Notes under the pieces: model-generated | What the model was told of the DNA's origin: nothing | What the model saw: the letters and a program-made list of their open reading frames with translations, nothing else | Databases searched by the model: none | Shown: positions 35,674 through 44,015 of the stretch, piece after piece | How positions within the stretch are numbered: the stretch's first letter is position 1 | How the letters are laid out: each line of letters begins with the position of its first letter | IMG/VR virus record: IMGVR_UViG_3300033072_000728 | Span: 1-64,000 of that record | Strand: one strand, 5' to 3' | Source: a virus | Lineage: Duplodnaviria > Caudoviricetes | Length of the DNA: 64,000 bases | Made by a program: the position numbers and the translations under genes

Positions 35674-35957
35674 CATTTATATGAACAATAACACTTATAA
35701 TGCCCAACACCATGAACACATTCAATTTCATTCGTTACTTCACCACAAACAAAACATGGTTCATACGGAATTGGTGGGACAGGTTTAGGAGGAATGTCAA
35801 TACCAAAAATTTTGCCATTATCTTCAACACAAACCTTACGAACAAAAGTTACTAATTCTTGCTCAGACACATTAGCAAACCATGAGCCAAAGATGCCATT
35901 CTTATTGTTGCCGAGATATTGAACTTGATAGTACATGATATTCATTTCCTTAATCAA
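35673..35957 (-). CDS. Hypothetical protein with C-terminal Cys cluster
   Basis: CFVC...C.H.....CYC. Confidence 0.65.
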   Translation of the reverse strand: MIKEMNIMYYQVQYLGNNKNGIFGSWFANVSEQELVTFVRKVCVEDNGKIFGIDIPPKPVPPIPYEPCFVCGEVTNEIECVHGVGHYKCYCSYK

Positions 35958-36379
35958 TGAAGTGTTCGATGTTGCATTTCCATTGCCTCTGAATATGGCA
36001 GAAATGCGTGTTTAGATGTTGTTGCATCAGCGTCCAAGTTTAGCAGAAAATACTCGGACGGAATCTCTAAAATTTCATCATCATGTGTCACTTTGTAAAC
36101 CACTGGATTGATACAACTGAATTGCATCATAACAGATTCTAGTGCTTTAGTAGCAACATATTCAAACGAAGGGTTCAGAATACTAGAACAAATCGTGATG
36201 TTAATTGGTTCGCCTGATTCTGGATCAAATGCCAACAAATAATCAAACTTTGCTTGCCATCCTGAAACTGGTTCAGAATCTACATTTGATTTTAATGGAG
36301 TTTCTACAACAGAAACTGATACCATTTCTGGTTGTTCAAACAGTGTCCAATTTTGGATGGTTAGGTTATTTGGAGTCAT
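35954..36379 (-). CDS. Hypothetical protein
   Basis: 141 aa ORF, coupled. Confidence 0.7.
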   Translation of the reverse strand: MTPNNLTIQNWTLFEQPEMVSVSVVETPLKSNVDSEPVSGWQAKFDYLLAFDPESGEPINITICSSILNPSFEYVATKALESVMMQFSCINPVVYKVTHDDEILEIPSEYFLLNLDADATTSKHAFLPYSEAMEMQHRTLH

Positions 36380-36623
36380 TTAGATATTCAATAATTTCTT
36401 GAGCTTGGGATTTTGAAAGCAGCACCGTATCAAACGCGGAATTATTTGTTAAGTTGAACAAATACTTGAATGCATATTTCAGTCTATACCAAAACCCTAG
36501 ATCGGCAAGATGAATACAAACCTGAAAGGCAGGGTCTTGAATATCTTCACCAAATGGGTGTTTTTCAATATAGAAAATATGGTCAGGCGATTCGCACTGA
36601 CACTTGAAAATTTTGGGTTTCAT
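36366..36623 (-). CDS. Hypothetical protein
   Basis: 85 aa; C.C...DH motif. Confidence 0.75.
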   Translation of the reverse strand: MKPKIFKCQCESPDHIFYIEKHPFGEDIQDPAFQVCIHLADLGFWYRLKYAFKYLFNLTNNSAFDTVLLSKSQAQEIIEYLNDSK

Positions 36624-37198
36624 ACTTTGATTTGTTGGTTATGAGACAGTTTGTGGCCCATATTGATTACGTTGTGAACCACATCGGTTGAACATTCTCC
36701 CAAGTCTTTGCCATGTTTTGGATCAAGAATAATTGCACAGTCGGTTAGTTTTGCTAGTTGCAATCCTGCTTTATCAGAATCACACACTGCAACGGTTTTT
36801 CTTCCGAGAGATTTTAACCACGATTTGTAACCTTCTTTTGGATTAGTTGAGTTTCCTAGTAGGGAAATACAGCATTCACCTTTGAACCATGTGATCCGTG
36901 TTGCATCAAAAATGCCTTCAGTTACAAAAATAGTTTTAGTGGTATGCCAATTAAATGTTTCAAGTCCAAATACTGTTTGGGTATTTTGAAACTCAGTCCT
37001 GATTGTGGTGTACCGACCATAAACATCATTCGACTTTGATTTACCTGCATTTGGGTTATATTGCTGTTTTCCAACAATTTTCCCACTCAGGTTATAAAGT
37101 AGAAAGGTTGCCTTGCATTCTTGTTCATCAATGAACGGTTGATGAACCTCGAAGTTGACAAACCTTTCTTTTAAATGCTGTTTAAGATCGGTTATCAT
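36620..37198 (-). CDS. Stand-alone TOPRIM (primase-like) protein without zinc finger
   Basis: VFGLE, FVTEGIFDA, VCDSDKAG and KDLGE motifs; start 37198 preferred. Confidence 0.82.
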   Translation of the reverse strand: MITDLKQHLKERFVNFEVHQPFIDEQECKATFLLYNLSGKIVGKQQYNPNAGKSKSNDVYGRYTTIRTEFQNTQTVFGLETFNWHTTKTIFVTEGIFDATRITWFKGECCISLLGNSTNPKEGYKSWLKSLGRKTVAVCDSDKAGLQLAKLTDCAIILDPKHGKDLGECSTDVVHNVINMGHKLSHNQQIKV

Positions 37199-37205
37199 GA
37201 TTTTG

Positions 37206-37601
37206 TCAAAGTAACGGAAGATGCCCCGTAATTGGATCAATCACATTTGAATAATCTGGGCCAATTGCAACCGCAGTTTTTGTTAGGACACCATGAAACT
37301 CTGTTTTGCCATTATCTGTGATTATGGTTGTCAGGATTCCTGCATCTTTTGCTTTTTGGTGAATGTCGATTAGTTCTTGTTCAGAACTGACATACACCAC
37401 AACTTTCTTAAATCCGTCATTCATCCATTGTGCGGCTTGTGGTGAAAACGGTTTTGAATGAAATTCACCTGTGTATGGATTAATTCCACCATGATTCAAG
37501 AAAACCGCCAAAGATGCATGGGCGCCCATAGCAATCATCTTGCCCTTTCGCATATTCAAATCCTTGCGGATTATGATAACTTGTTTAATGTCTTGATCCA
37601 T
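37206..37601 (-). CDS. pth2: Peptidyl-tRNA hydrolase, Pth2 type
   Basis: KQVIIIRKDLNMRKGK, GAHAS, FKKVVV, DNGKTEF and TAVAIGP motifs. Confidence 0.92.
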   Translation of the reverse strand: MDQDIKQVIIIRKDLNMRKGKMIAMGAHASLAVFLNHGGINPYTGEFHSKPFSPQAAQWMNDGFKKVVVYVSSEQELIDIHQKAKDAGILTTIITDNGKTEFHGVLTKTAVAIGPDYSNVIDPITGHLPLL

Positions 37602-37617
37602 TTTTAACCCTTCAATT

Positions 37618-37923
37618 TCAATCAATCTTGATTTGACCATGCTTCAGGATGGAATCAATCATCCAATCATAACCACAAAACCCTTTCGATTGGCGACGGA
37701 TTTTGGCAGCTTCTTTTGCATCAATTTGTCGAACGTCAACACGGGCACACCAACCATCATCCCATGCATAACGGAAAGAACCAGTTTCCACAATCTTTTT
37801 CAACGTGTCGTTAAGTTCTTTGGATCGTGTAGATTTTACTCGGGCATACATCTGGCCTTGTCCAGACCATTGTCCATTCCATGATCCAACACGCGGCATG
37901 TTCAGTTCAAAAACGACGATCAT
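37618..37923 (-). CDS. Conserved hypothetical phage protein
   Basis: SWNGQWSG, Y.WDDGW.A and GFCGYDWMIDSI. Confidence 0.8.
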   Translation of the reverse strand: MIVVFELNMPRVGSWNGQWSGQGQMYARVKSTRSKELNDTLKKIVETGSFRYAWDDGWCARVDVRQIDAKEAAKIRRQSKGFCGYDWMIDSILKHGQIKID

Positions 37924-37958
37924 GATTCTTACCTTTCATTTAGAACCAAGATTACAAC

Positions 37959-38570
37959 TCAGTCCCATAGTCCTTGAAAGTAGCGCCCAAACAATCGGGT
38001 GCCGTTTGCAATGCGTTCATTATGCGCCTTTAATCCTTCCATATCAACCTTTGACTTAGTAAAATTGTCGGATATTGGCGCATCATCATCCCATTCACTG
38101 TGGTCAAAGAACTTTGTATCGTTGTCATCGTTGACGATTTGCTCAAATGCCCAGATCATTTCATCCATGACCCATTCCCAACGTGCATGGAATTTTGGAT
38201 CGGTGTCACCCGTTTGTTCACACACAATGACTTCATTTTCTGATGGTCGGAGATATTCTGGAACATCATTAATATCAACGCACGGTGATCCATGTTTTTG
38301 TTCCTTCAATTTCTTCAGCATTGGCAAAATGATGAGAGCAAGGGTGTAATCCATATTCCAAACATCATAATTGTCAATATGGACTTTAACAGTGCGCTTA
38401 CGCTTGTCATAAATCCACTGACAGAAATTGTTAATGAATGGGAACTTTTCATCAATGTATTTTCCAATCTCGAATAATTTGTCTTCGTCTTTGATGAATG
38501 GTTTCAAAAACAACTCAGTAAGTTGGAAAACACCAAAGTAGTTGATATAAGGGCCGATTTTTACTTTCAT
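37959..38570 (-). CDS. Conserved hypothetical phage protein
   Basis: IDNYDVWNMDYTLA...EMIWAFE...GLWD. Confidence 0.85.
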   Translation of the reverse strand: MKVKIGPYINYFGVFQLTELFLKPFIKDEDKLFEIGKYIDEKFPFINNFCQWIYDKRKRTVKVHIDNYDVWNMDYTLALIILPMLKKLKEQKHGSPCVDINDVPEYLRPSENEVIVCEQTGDTDPKFHARWEWVMDEMIWAFEQIVNDDNDTKFFDHSEWDDDAPISDNFTKSKVDMEGLKAHNERIANGTRLFGRYFQGLWD

Positions 38571-38839
38571 GTTGGTTCGCAGTATGGAGTAATTGAAGTG
38601 TTGGTTTTTGAAGTTAAAATTTCACCAGTGTATTTGTCAGTAGTAATTGCTTGAACATAATAACACACTGAAGTTTCAGTTACGACTTTAATGATCTGGT
38701 GGATTTCAGATGCTTTATACTTGTTGAAATCATGACTTGAACTCCAAAGCATCATGTATCCGAGTGTAAAAACACTTGCCATCAATGCTGAAGCATACAG
38801 CCATTTTCCCGCTCTTTGATTGAATGTTTCTTGTTCCAT
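38567..38839 (-). CDS. Small membrane protein
   Basis: One hydrophobic helix WLYASALMASVFTLGYMMLW; TAAATA at 38868-38873. Confidence 0.7.
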   Translation of the reverse strand: MEQETFNQRAGKWLYASALMASVFTLGYMMLWSSSHDFNKYKASEIHQIIKVVTETSVCYYVQAITTDKYTGEILTSKTNTSITPYCEPT

Positions 38840-38877
38840 TTTGTTTTTATTGTTATAGATGGAACGATATTTAGATT

Positions 38878-39525
38878 TTATTTGGTAGACATAACCAGTA
38901 AAGTAGTAGGTTCAGAATAATCCATTGTCCAGATTTTGGATGATGCTATATTATGATTATCAAACAAAAGTGGTTCATTTGTTTCTTTATCACGAATCCA
39001 ATGATCTTCGGAATCATCCCAGACTCTGACTTTAATTAAGTCATTTTGAAATGCTTTCATAATGTTGACCCATATTTGTTTTTCACCTTTGTATTGCTCA
39101 AAGTCGCTGATAATAACATATCCTCTTACGGTCAGAATAGCATAAAGCCAGAATGCAAGACGTTTTGAAGTATATTCCGTTGATGTGTAAACCAACGAAA
39201 CTTGAAGTTGTTTGGATTGGTCAAAATCTGGAACAACTGCGCGGCGATTGAATTCAATTTCAGTACAAACATCTTGGTATTCGTTTGGGTTGTCTTTTGA
39301 TGCGGTTGTTACTTTTGCAAAACCATGCGCTTTATTCAACCAAAAATGATATTGACGGTTTGAAATTTCTTTTGCACCAAGATTGTGACAAACTCGATTT
39401 AGATTCTCTAAGCTATTTTGTTGCACATTACCAAACATTGAATGGTCAAGATCAGTCAAGTTTAGGTGTGGATTTTCAGATAAGAAACCAGATATTTTCA
39501 TTTCAGAATGGTTTAAGTACGGCAT
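38878..39525 (-). CDS. GNAT-fold-like protein (paralogue of 18191..18799)
   Basis: VYTSTEYTSKRLAFWLY and IISDFEQYKGEKQIW. Confidence 0.6.
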   Translation of the reverse strand: MPYLNHSEMKISGFLSENPHLNLTDLDHSMFGNVQQNSLENLNRVCHNLGAKEISNRQYHFWLNKAHGFAKVTTASKDNPNEYQDVCTEIEFNRRAVVPDFDQSKQLQVSLVYTSTEYTSKRLAFWLYAILTVRGYVIISDFEQYKGEKQIWVNIMKAFQNDLIKVRVWDDSEDHWIRDKETNEPLLFDNHNIASSKIWTMDYSEPTTLLVMSTK

Positions 39526-40400
39526 CAGACGTGTTCAGATAATGCTTCAACACCAAACTGTAAATTTAGTTTAAAAATATCCATCCAGTTTTCGTCAATT
39601 TCTTTCCAAATACGATTGGACATTACAATATGTGGTTTAATTTCACCTGAGTTTATCTTGCCAAGGAATATCTCAAACTTACTAAAACATTGGAATTTTA
39701 ATTCAGAATAAACTTTGAACGAATAACCTTTCTTTGATGAAACCTTGATTAGTTGCCACACATTTTGATCTTCAAAAACAAAACTACCATCATGTAAGTA
39801 CCAAATAAAATTGTCAGAATCATTAAACACGAAGGCAGAATCTCTGTTTGTTGCGGATGGGTGGAGCGTTCTTTCCATCTTTCGCAACAAACTTGAAATT
39901 TCTGTTTGAACGTTTGGTTGTTTATTGTAAGCATTAATTGTGCTCAATTGATTGATGGCTTTGATTTCATTTTCAGGCAAGTTCAAAACAGCAGAACCAA
40001 ATAATGCATAATCGTTCCATGATGGCGTGATATGTTTTAATTCATCGGTCTGATAATCAATCTCAAGAATCTTATACAAATAAATTTTGTTCGACTTATT
40101 CAATGATTGCACATGCCAAACATTATCAAACCATTTTGTTTTATCTTCTTCCCAATACCTTGGTTCTTGATCCAAATGAACAGTGATAATGTTGTCAGTT
40201 TCATTGTGAACAATTAAAAATCGATTCGTTTCAGAGTGAATCCACTCATACACTTTTACCAGAGAAGTTTCCATTATTGGCTTTTTATTGGTCAGTTCAG
40301 ACAACAACTTTTTGCCAATTTTAGAAACAAACGTAAACTCAACGCTTGGTTCACAGACAATAAAATTGTAGATGTAATTTAAGGACATGATTTTGGACAA
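39525..40400 (-). CDS. Hypothetical protein
   Basis: 291 aa ORF. Confidence 0.75.
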   Translation of the reverse strand: MSKIMSLNYIYNFIVCEPSVEFTFVSKIGKKLLSELTNKKPIMETSLVKVYEWIHSETNRFLIVHNETDNIITVHLDQEPRYWEEDKTKWFDNVWHVQSLNKSNKIYLYKILEIDYQTDELKHITPSWNDYALFGSAVLNLPENEIKAINQLSTINAYNKQPNVQTEISSLLRKMERTLHPSATNRDSAFVFNDSDNFIWYLHDGSFVFEDQNVWQLIKVSSKKGYSFKVYSELKFQCFSKFEIFLGKINSGEIKPHIVMSNRIWKEIDENWMDIFKLNLQFGVEALSEHV

Positions 40401-40407
40401 ACAAAAT

Positions 40408-40440
40408 AACCATCCTCTCAGATCGTAAGAGAGGATGGTT
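40408..40440 (-). terminator. Rho-independent terminator
   Basis: AACCATCCTCTC/GAGAGGATGGTT inverted repeat with T tail. Confidence 0.8.
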
Positions 40441-40449
40441 TAGTTGGAA

Positions 40450-40719
40450 TTAGTTTTCGTTTTTAAGAATGAGGTCAGCGTAAAGCCAAACTCGGGCAGT
40501 GAGTGAATTATAAAGATTCCAGACCCCCTTTTCTGCAAGGGAATTGTTTACGATGTTTGAAAGTGCTTTCACGCTTTCTTCACCGATTAAATCGCATTCG
40601 TCCGCACATTTGATGCGGTCAAACCAATTTGCAATGATGTTTGCTTGTTCTTCGGTGTATTTGCACTGAAGCATGGTAACAATATCGGAACGCCATTGAT
40701 AGTATTCGGATTCAAACAT
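40450..40719 (-). CDS. Hypothetical protein
   Basis: 89 aa ORF. Confidence 0.75.
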   Translation of the reverse strand: MFESEYYQWRSDIVTMLQCKYTEEQANIIANWFDRIKCADECDLIGEESVKALSNIVNNSLAEKGVWNLYNSLTARVWLYADLILKNEN

Positions 40720-40752
40720 TTTCAGTCACTTTTTGATGGTTGGTAAAGATTT

Positions 40753-40829
40753 TGGAAACTGCGGTGGGATTCGCACCCACGAAACACCATTTTGCAGATC
40801 GCTCCATTAGACTACTCTGGCACGCAGTT
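40753..40829 (-). tRNA. tRNA-Cys(GCA)
   Basis: Acceptor AACTGCG/CGCAGTT, U73, encoded CCA, anticodon loop CTGCAAA, T-arm GTGGG-TGCGAAT-CCCAC; anticodon stem imperfect. Confidence 0.82.
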
Positions 40830-40847
40830 GTTTGGTTGATTTTAGGA

Positions 40848-40903
40848 CAGGTTACAGTTTTGGTTTTCAAGAATTGTAAAACATGATTGCTGTTTGTAAC
40901 CTT
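40848..40903 (-). ncRNA. Small stem-loop with unpaired ACAGCAA between tRNAs
   Basis: AGGTTACA/TGTAACCT stem enclosing ACAGCAA and an inner GTTTT(A)CAA/TTGAAAAC hairpin. Confidence 0.4.
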
Positions 40904-40912
40904 ACAAAATTT

Positions 40913-40996
40913 TGGCACCCCTGGGAGGAATCGAACCTCATACCATCCTCCTAACTTTAAGGATCGGCTTAGAAGACCGATGTTAGGCTCAGGGGT
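40913..40996 (-). tRNA. Atypical tRNA-Arg(TCT)-like RNA lacking a D-arm
   Basis: Acceptor ACCCCTG/CAGGGGT+G+CCA, anticodon arm TCGGT-CTTCTAA-GCCGA, T-loop TTCGATT; only 9 nt between acceptor and anticodon stems; long variable region. Confidence 0.7.
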
Positions 40997-41075
40997 TTTG
41001 TGAATTTGGTATTTGTAAAAACTTGCTTATTTTGTATCAGAAAAGCTCTTACAAATACCATCAATGTATTTAACG

Positions 41076-41151
41076 TGGTAGGCCGTGTTGAGTTTGCATC
41101 AACACCTTCCAAATTATGAGTTTGGTACACTACTGATTATGTTAACGGCCC
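41076..41151 (-). tRNA. tRNA with CAT anticodon (Ile2 or Met)
   Basis: 76 nt; GGGCCGT/ACGGCCT+A+CCA; CCAAA-CTCATAA-TTTGG; T-arm GTTGA-TGCAAAC-TCAAC. Confidence 0.85.
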
Positions 41152-41161
41152 ACAATGATGT

Positions 41162-41167
41162 TATTTA
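41162..41167 (-). promoter_or_regulatory. Late promoter-like TAAATA motif upstream of tRNA cluster
   Basis: GTAAATAA 10 nt upstream of the tRNA 5' end, immediately after a terminator. Confidence 0.55.
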
Positions 41168-41170
41168 CTT

Positions 41171-41193
41171 CGTGGGAGATTCTTTCTCCCACG
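41171..41193 (-). terminator. Putative terminator
   Basis: CGTGGGAGA/TCTCCCACG inverted repeat after ORF 41199. Confidence 0.6.
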
Positions 41194-41198
41194 CTAGA

Positions 41199-41588
41199 TT
41201 AAACAATGAATTCTGCCCAACGCAGTTCTTCGATCAGTTGAACAATCGCAGCACGCTTTTCAGCGGCCATTACGTTGCTCATGGGAGAACTAGACATAGA
41301 AGTGTTTTGCATTGCAACCATAATTTCACGGGTCAATTGTGAAACCCAGTGTTCAACCACTTCTTTTGCGTCAACATCCTTAGAAGGAAACTTATTCAGA
41401 TGGGGCAACATACCACCGATGATTTGCAATTGTGCTGCTGCGCGAGTCATCTTGTCGCCCCACGTGAGTGCATGGAACGGATTCTTTTGGATGTCGGCAA
41501 CAGCTTCGTCAATTTGCTTTTGAGCCTTCGTTTGCGCCTTGGTCAACAGAGAGATCAAAGCGGCGATGTTGGTGGTCTTGGCGTTCAT
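41199..41588 (-). CDS. Hypothetical early protein
   Basis: Start 41588 (MNAKTT) with RBS AAGGAA behind conserved promoter. Confidence 0.8.
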   Translation of the reverse strand: MNAKTTNIAALISLLTKAQTKAQKQIDEAVADIQKNPFHALTWGDKMTRAAAQLQIIGGMLPHLNKFPSKDVDAKEVVEHWVSQLTREIMVAMQNTSMSSSPMSNVMAAEKRAAIVQLIEELRWAEFIV

Positions 41589-41635
41589 GATGTTTATTCC
41601 TTTTGCGTTCGGTGTTTTGGTTCGCACTTCTTGCT

Positions 41636-41676
41636 AACCGATGAATCTATTATGCATCAGAAATCATGGAATGCAA
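41636..41676 (-). promoter_or_regulatory. Early promoter, conserved-motif copy 2
   Basis: TTGCAT-16 nt-CATAAT-AGATTCATCGGTT. Confidence 0.8.
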
Positions 41677-41702
41677 GGACTTTTGTGTAAAGGTTGATAA
41701 TT

Positions 41703-41996
41703 TTACTCAGAAATTTTGATCCCGAACTTTGCGCAGGCTTCGTTGAGCAACCTATAGAACTTTTCTTTGTATTCTTTTGAATCACCGTAACAAGGCCAGC
41801 TCAGGTTTACACCAATGTATCGAACGACATCATCCGCAAACGTGGCACGCACATCGGTTGTTTCAGCATACTCGAACCGATAACCAGGGTGCATGGCAAT
41901 AACAGCTTCAACGATTGACAGTGGAACTTCAAGACCAAAGTAATCGGAAAGCATGTCTTGATAGTCGGTGGCAGGGGTTTCATTAAGATGGTTCAT
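41703..41996 (-). CDS. Hypothetical protein
   Basis: 97 aa ORF. Confidence 0.8.
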   Translation of the reverse strand: MNHLNETPATDYQDMLSDYFGLEVPLSIVEAVIAMHPGYRFEYAETTDVRATFADDVVRYIGVNLSWPCYGDSKEYKEKFYRLLNEACAKFGIKISE

Positions 41997-42211
41997 AATT
42001 TGTTCTCGGTAAGGCGAATGTCAATTCTTTCAATCATGGGATCCATCCATTCCTCAAAATCATCATTTAAACACCAGGATTGGATACCTTCAATATCATC
42101 GGTGAAAATTCTGTAAAGGAGAAATTCCATTCTTGCTTTCCACTTGTCATCATTTTGTTTTAGAAGTTGGACAACAGAAGAAAGTTGGCCGTCATTAATT
42201 TGGGATGATAT
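41993..42211 (-). CDS. Hypothetical 72-aa protein with ATA start (or start-loss pseudogene)
   Basis: GGGA RBS, ATA TCA TCC CAA..., open to a TGA forming ATGA overlap with 41996. Confidence 0.55.
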   Translation of the reverse strand: MSSQINDGQLSSVVQLLKQNDDKWKARMEFLLYRIFTDDIEGIQSWCLNDDFEEWMDPMIERIDIRLTENKL

Positions 42212-42226
42212 GATTTGTTTCCCTTT

Positions 42227-42616
42227 TCAAAGTTGTTGGGTTTCGTAATACGCGACCATTGCATGGTAACGATCAATATCGTTTTGATTCTCGGGACGAT
42301 TTCTCAATCCACTTTTAAGATTTTGTAAAACTTCGGCATTGTGTGAATTTGCAGAATTAACTCGTTCATCGCGGTCTTCAATTGACTCAAGATATGGTTC
42401 AAGAAGTTCCCAAACAACATAACCATTTTCGTCAGTTGACAGAACAAAATCACGATTTAGCATTTCAATGCGTTGTTCTTTGGTCACATCTTTATCGTAA
42501 TGTTGTTCGACAACATTCATGAAAATTTGCTGGGTTCGTGGGAATTCCCGAACATCGAACCCCAAACGTGATAGAACCATTCGGTCATAACGGTGTGTGG
42601 TTTCGTTAGTTTTCAT
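42227..42616 (-). CDS. Hypothetical protein
   Basis: 129 aa ORF. Confidence 0.8.
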   Translation of the reverse strand: MKTNETTHRYDRMVLSRLGFDVREFPRTQQIFMNVVEQHYDKDVTKEQRIEMLNRDFVLSTDENGYVVWELLEPYLESIEDRDERVNSANSHNAEVLQNLKSGLRNRPENQNDIDRYHAMVAYYETQQL

Positions 42617-42657
42617 AATGCTTTTCTTTCAATTAGTTTTGTTGACGTTGAAATTAC

Positions 42658-42888
42658 TCAAATGTGAAACAACACCCGATTTATATTAAAAGACCAGTCT
42701 GAAACATAGGCGCCGCCAACTTCAATTGGAAAACGATCATCAGTTTCGTCAATATCCGTCACTGTTACCTCTTTCGCATCAAACTCAACCCGTTCAGGAT
42801 TGCCATTGTGAACTGTAATGACGATCTTGTCGCCAACCTTGAACATTTTACGAATTTGTTGTGCGGAAAGTTGTTGCTTGATCTTCAT
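42658..42888 (-). CDS. Hypothetical SH3-like small protein
   Basis: FKVGDKIVI...VTVTDID; RBS AAGGA. Confidence 0.75.
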   Translation of the reverse strand: MKIKQQLSAQQIRKMFKVGDKIVITVHNGNPERVEFDAKEVTVTDIDETDDRFPIEVGGAYVSDWSFNINRVLFHI

Positions 42889-42925
42889 ATCAATTTCCTT
42901 TACTGTTAGGTTAGAGGTTCTTGTG

Positions 42926-42966
42926 AACCGATGAATCTATTATGCATCATCATTTCAACAATGCAA
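42926..42966 (-). promoter_or_regulatory. Early promoter, conserved-motif copy 3
   Basis: TTGCAT-16 nt-CATAAT-AGATTCATCGGTT. Confidence 0.8.
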
Positions 42967-42992
42967 GTGCTTTGTTGTAAACACCGACAATT

Positions 42993-44015
42993 TTACTCAA
43001 CATCTTCGTCATCGTCCTCGCCGTACCGTGCTTTGATCTCAGCATTGATGCCAGCGTTCACGGTCTTGACCATTTCAAGAAAAGCCGAACCAATGTTGTT
43101 TGAATAGTCTTGTGAAGCATAGACCATAGGTGACAGCTTGGTGTTCAGATCATCCAACCCACGATGGATATATCGATGATCTAATTGAAGTTTGTAAAGT
43201 TGAAATAACTCAGGCATTTTATTGAAATCACCAGAAACCATTGTTTGGAGAATATCAATCACTCCATTAGGTGAACGATACAAACTAGAAATAAAACTTC
43301 CTTCAGAATCTCCAATTCGATAACCATCCAGTGATTCAATTCTCCAAAACACAAATTCTAGCAATTCAGGTGGAACTTCTTTTGTTTCATCGCCGAGTTT
43401 AGAAAGTTTTGATTTAACAAAGTTCTCAAAATAATTATATTGGTGATAACTCACACCATCCCATGCTTTTTGATCTGAAACCATTTCAATCAAAAACTCA
43501 GCAGATTTTTGATGCATGACTGCAAATTGGAATTGACGTGCATCATGTTTGTAATTTCTGACAAACAATCGATGTTCCACTGTCACCATCCAAATTTCAT
43601 CCCAAACACCAATGAGTTGTTCAAATGAGTATTCAGAATCAGGTGAATACAAACTTGACATATTAAAAGCAACATCGTGATATTCATTTTTCCCTTGTTT
43701 AGTTTTGAATGAATCTTTGAGAAGTTTATTGAACAGAAACTTTAGAGATTGGATATTTTCAGGTGAGTTATCAAGTTCAAACTTCCCATAATCGTAATAT
43801 GTACCAGTGATTAGAGGGGCATAATAACCCCAGAAACAAGTTGGATAGCAAGTAGTATGAGCATGACCAAGAACTGAAGTTTCAAATGAATTATCAGGTT
43901 AAATCAATTGAATTTCGTCATACGTGGATTGCTGAATAATAGGGAGAATGATGCACTTGGCACCAGGAATAATGGTTTGTTGAGAAACGAAGCAAGTGGC
44001 ATTGAATGAACCCAT
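42993..44015 (-). pseudogene. 340-codon phage gene interrupted by one in-frame TAA (43899-43901)
   Basis: MGSFNATCFVSQQTI...IQLI*PDNSF... continues in frame into ORF-track 42993..43661. Confidence 0.75.

Noticed and set aside
40712-40918. 68-aa minus-strand ORF
   Set aside because: Overlaps the tRNA-Cys gene and the 3' end of the Arg-like tRNA; no RBS
41008-41060. 12-bp stem (TGGTATTTGTAA/TTACAAATACCA) as a fourth tRNA
   Set aside because: No T-loop or anticodon arm, and the CCA is paired; more likely a spacer or processing hairpin
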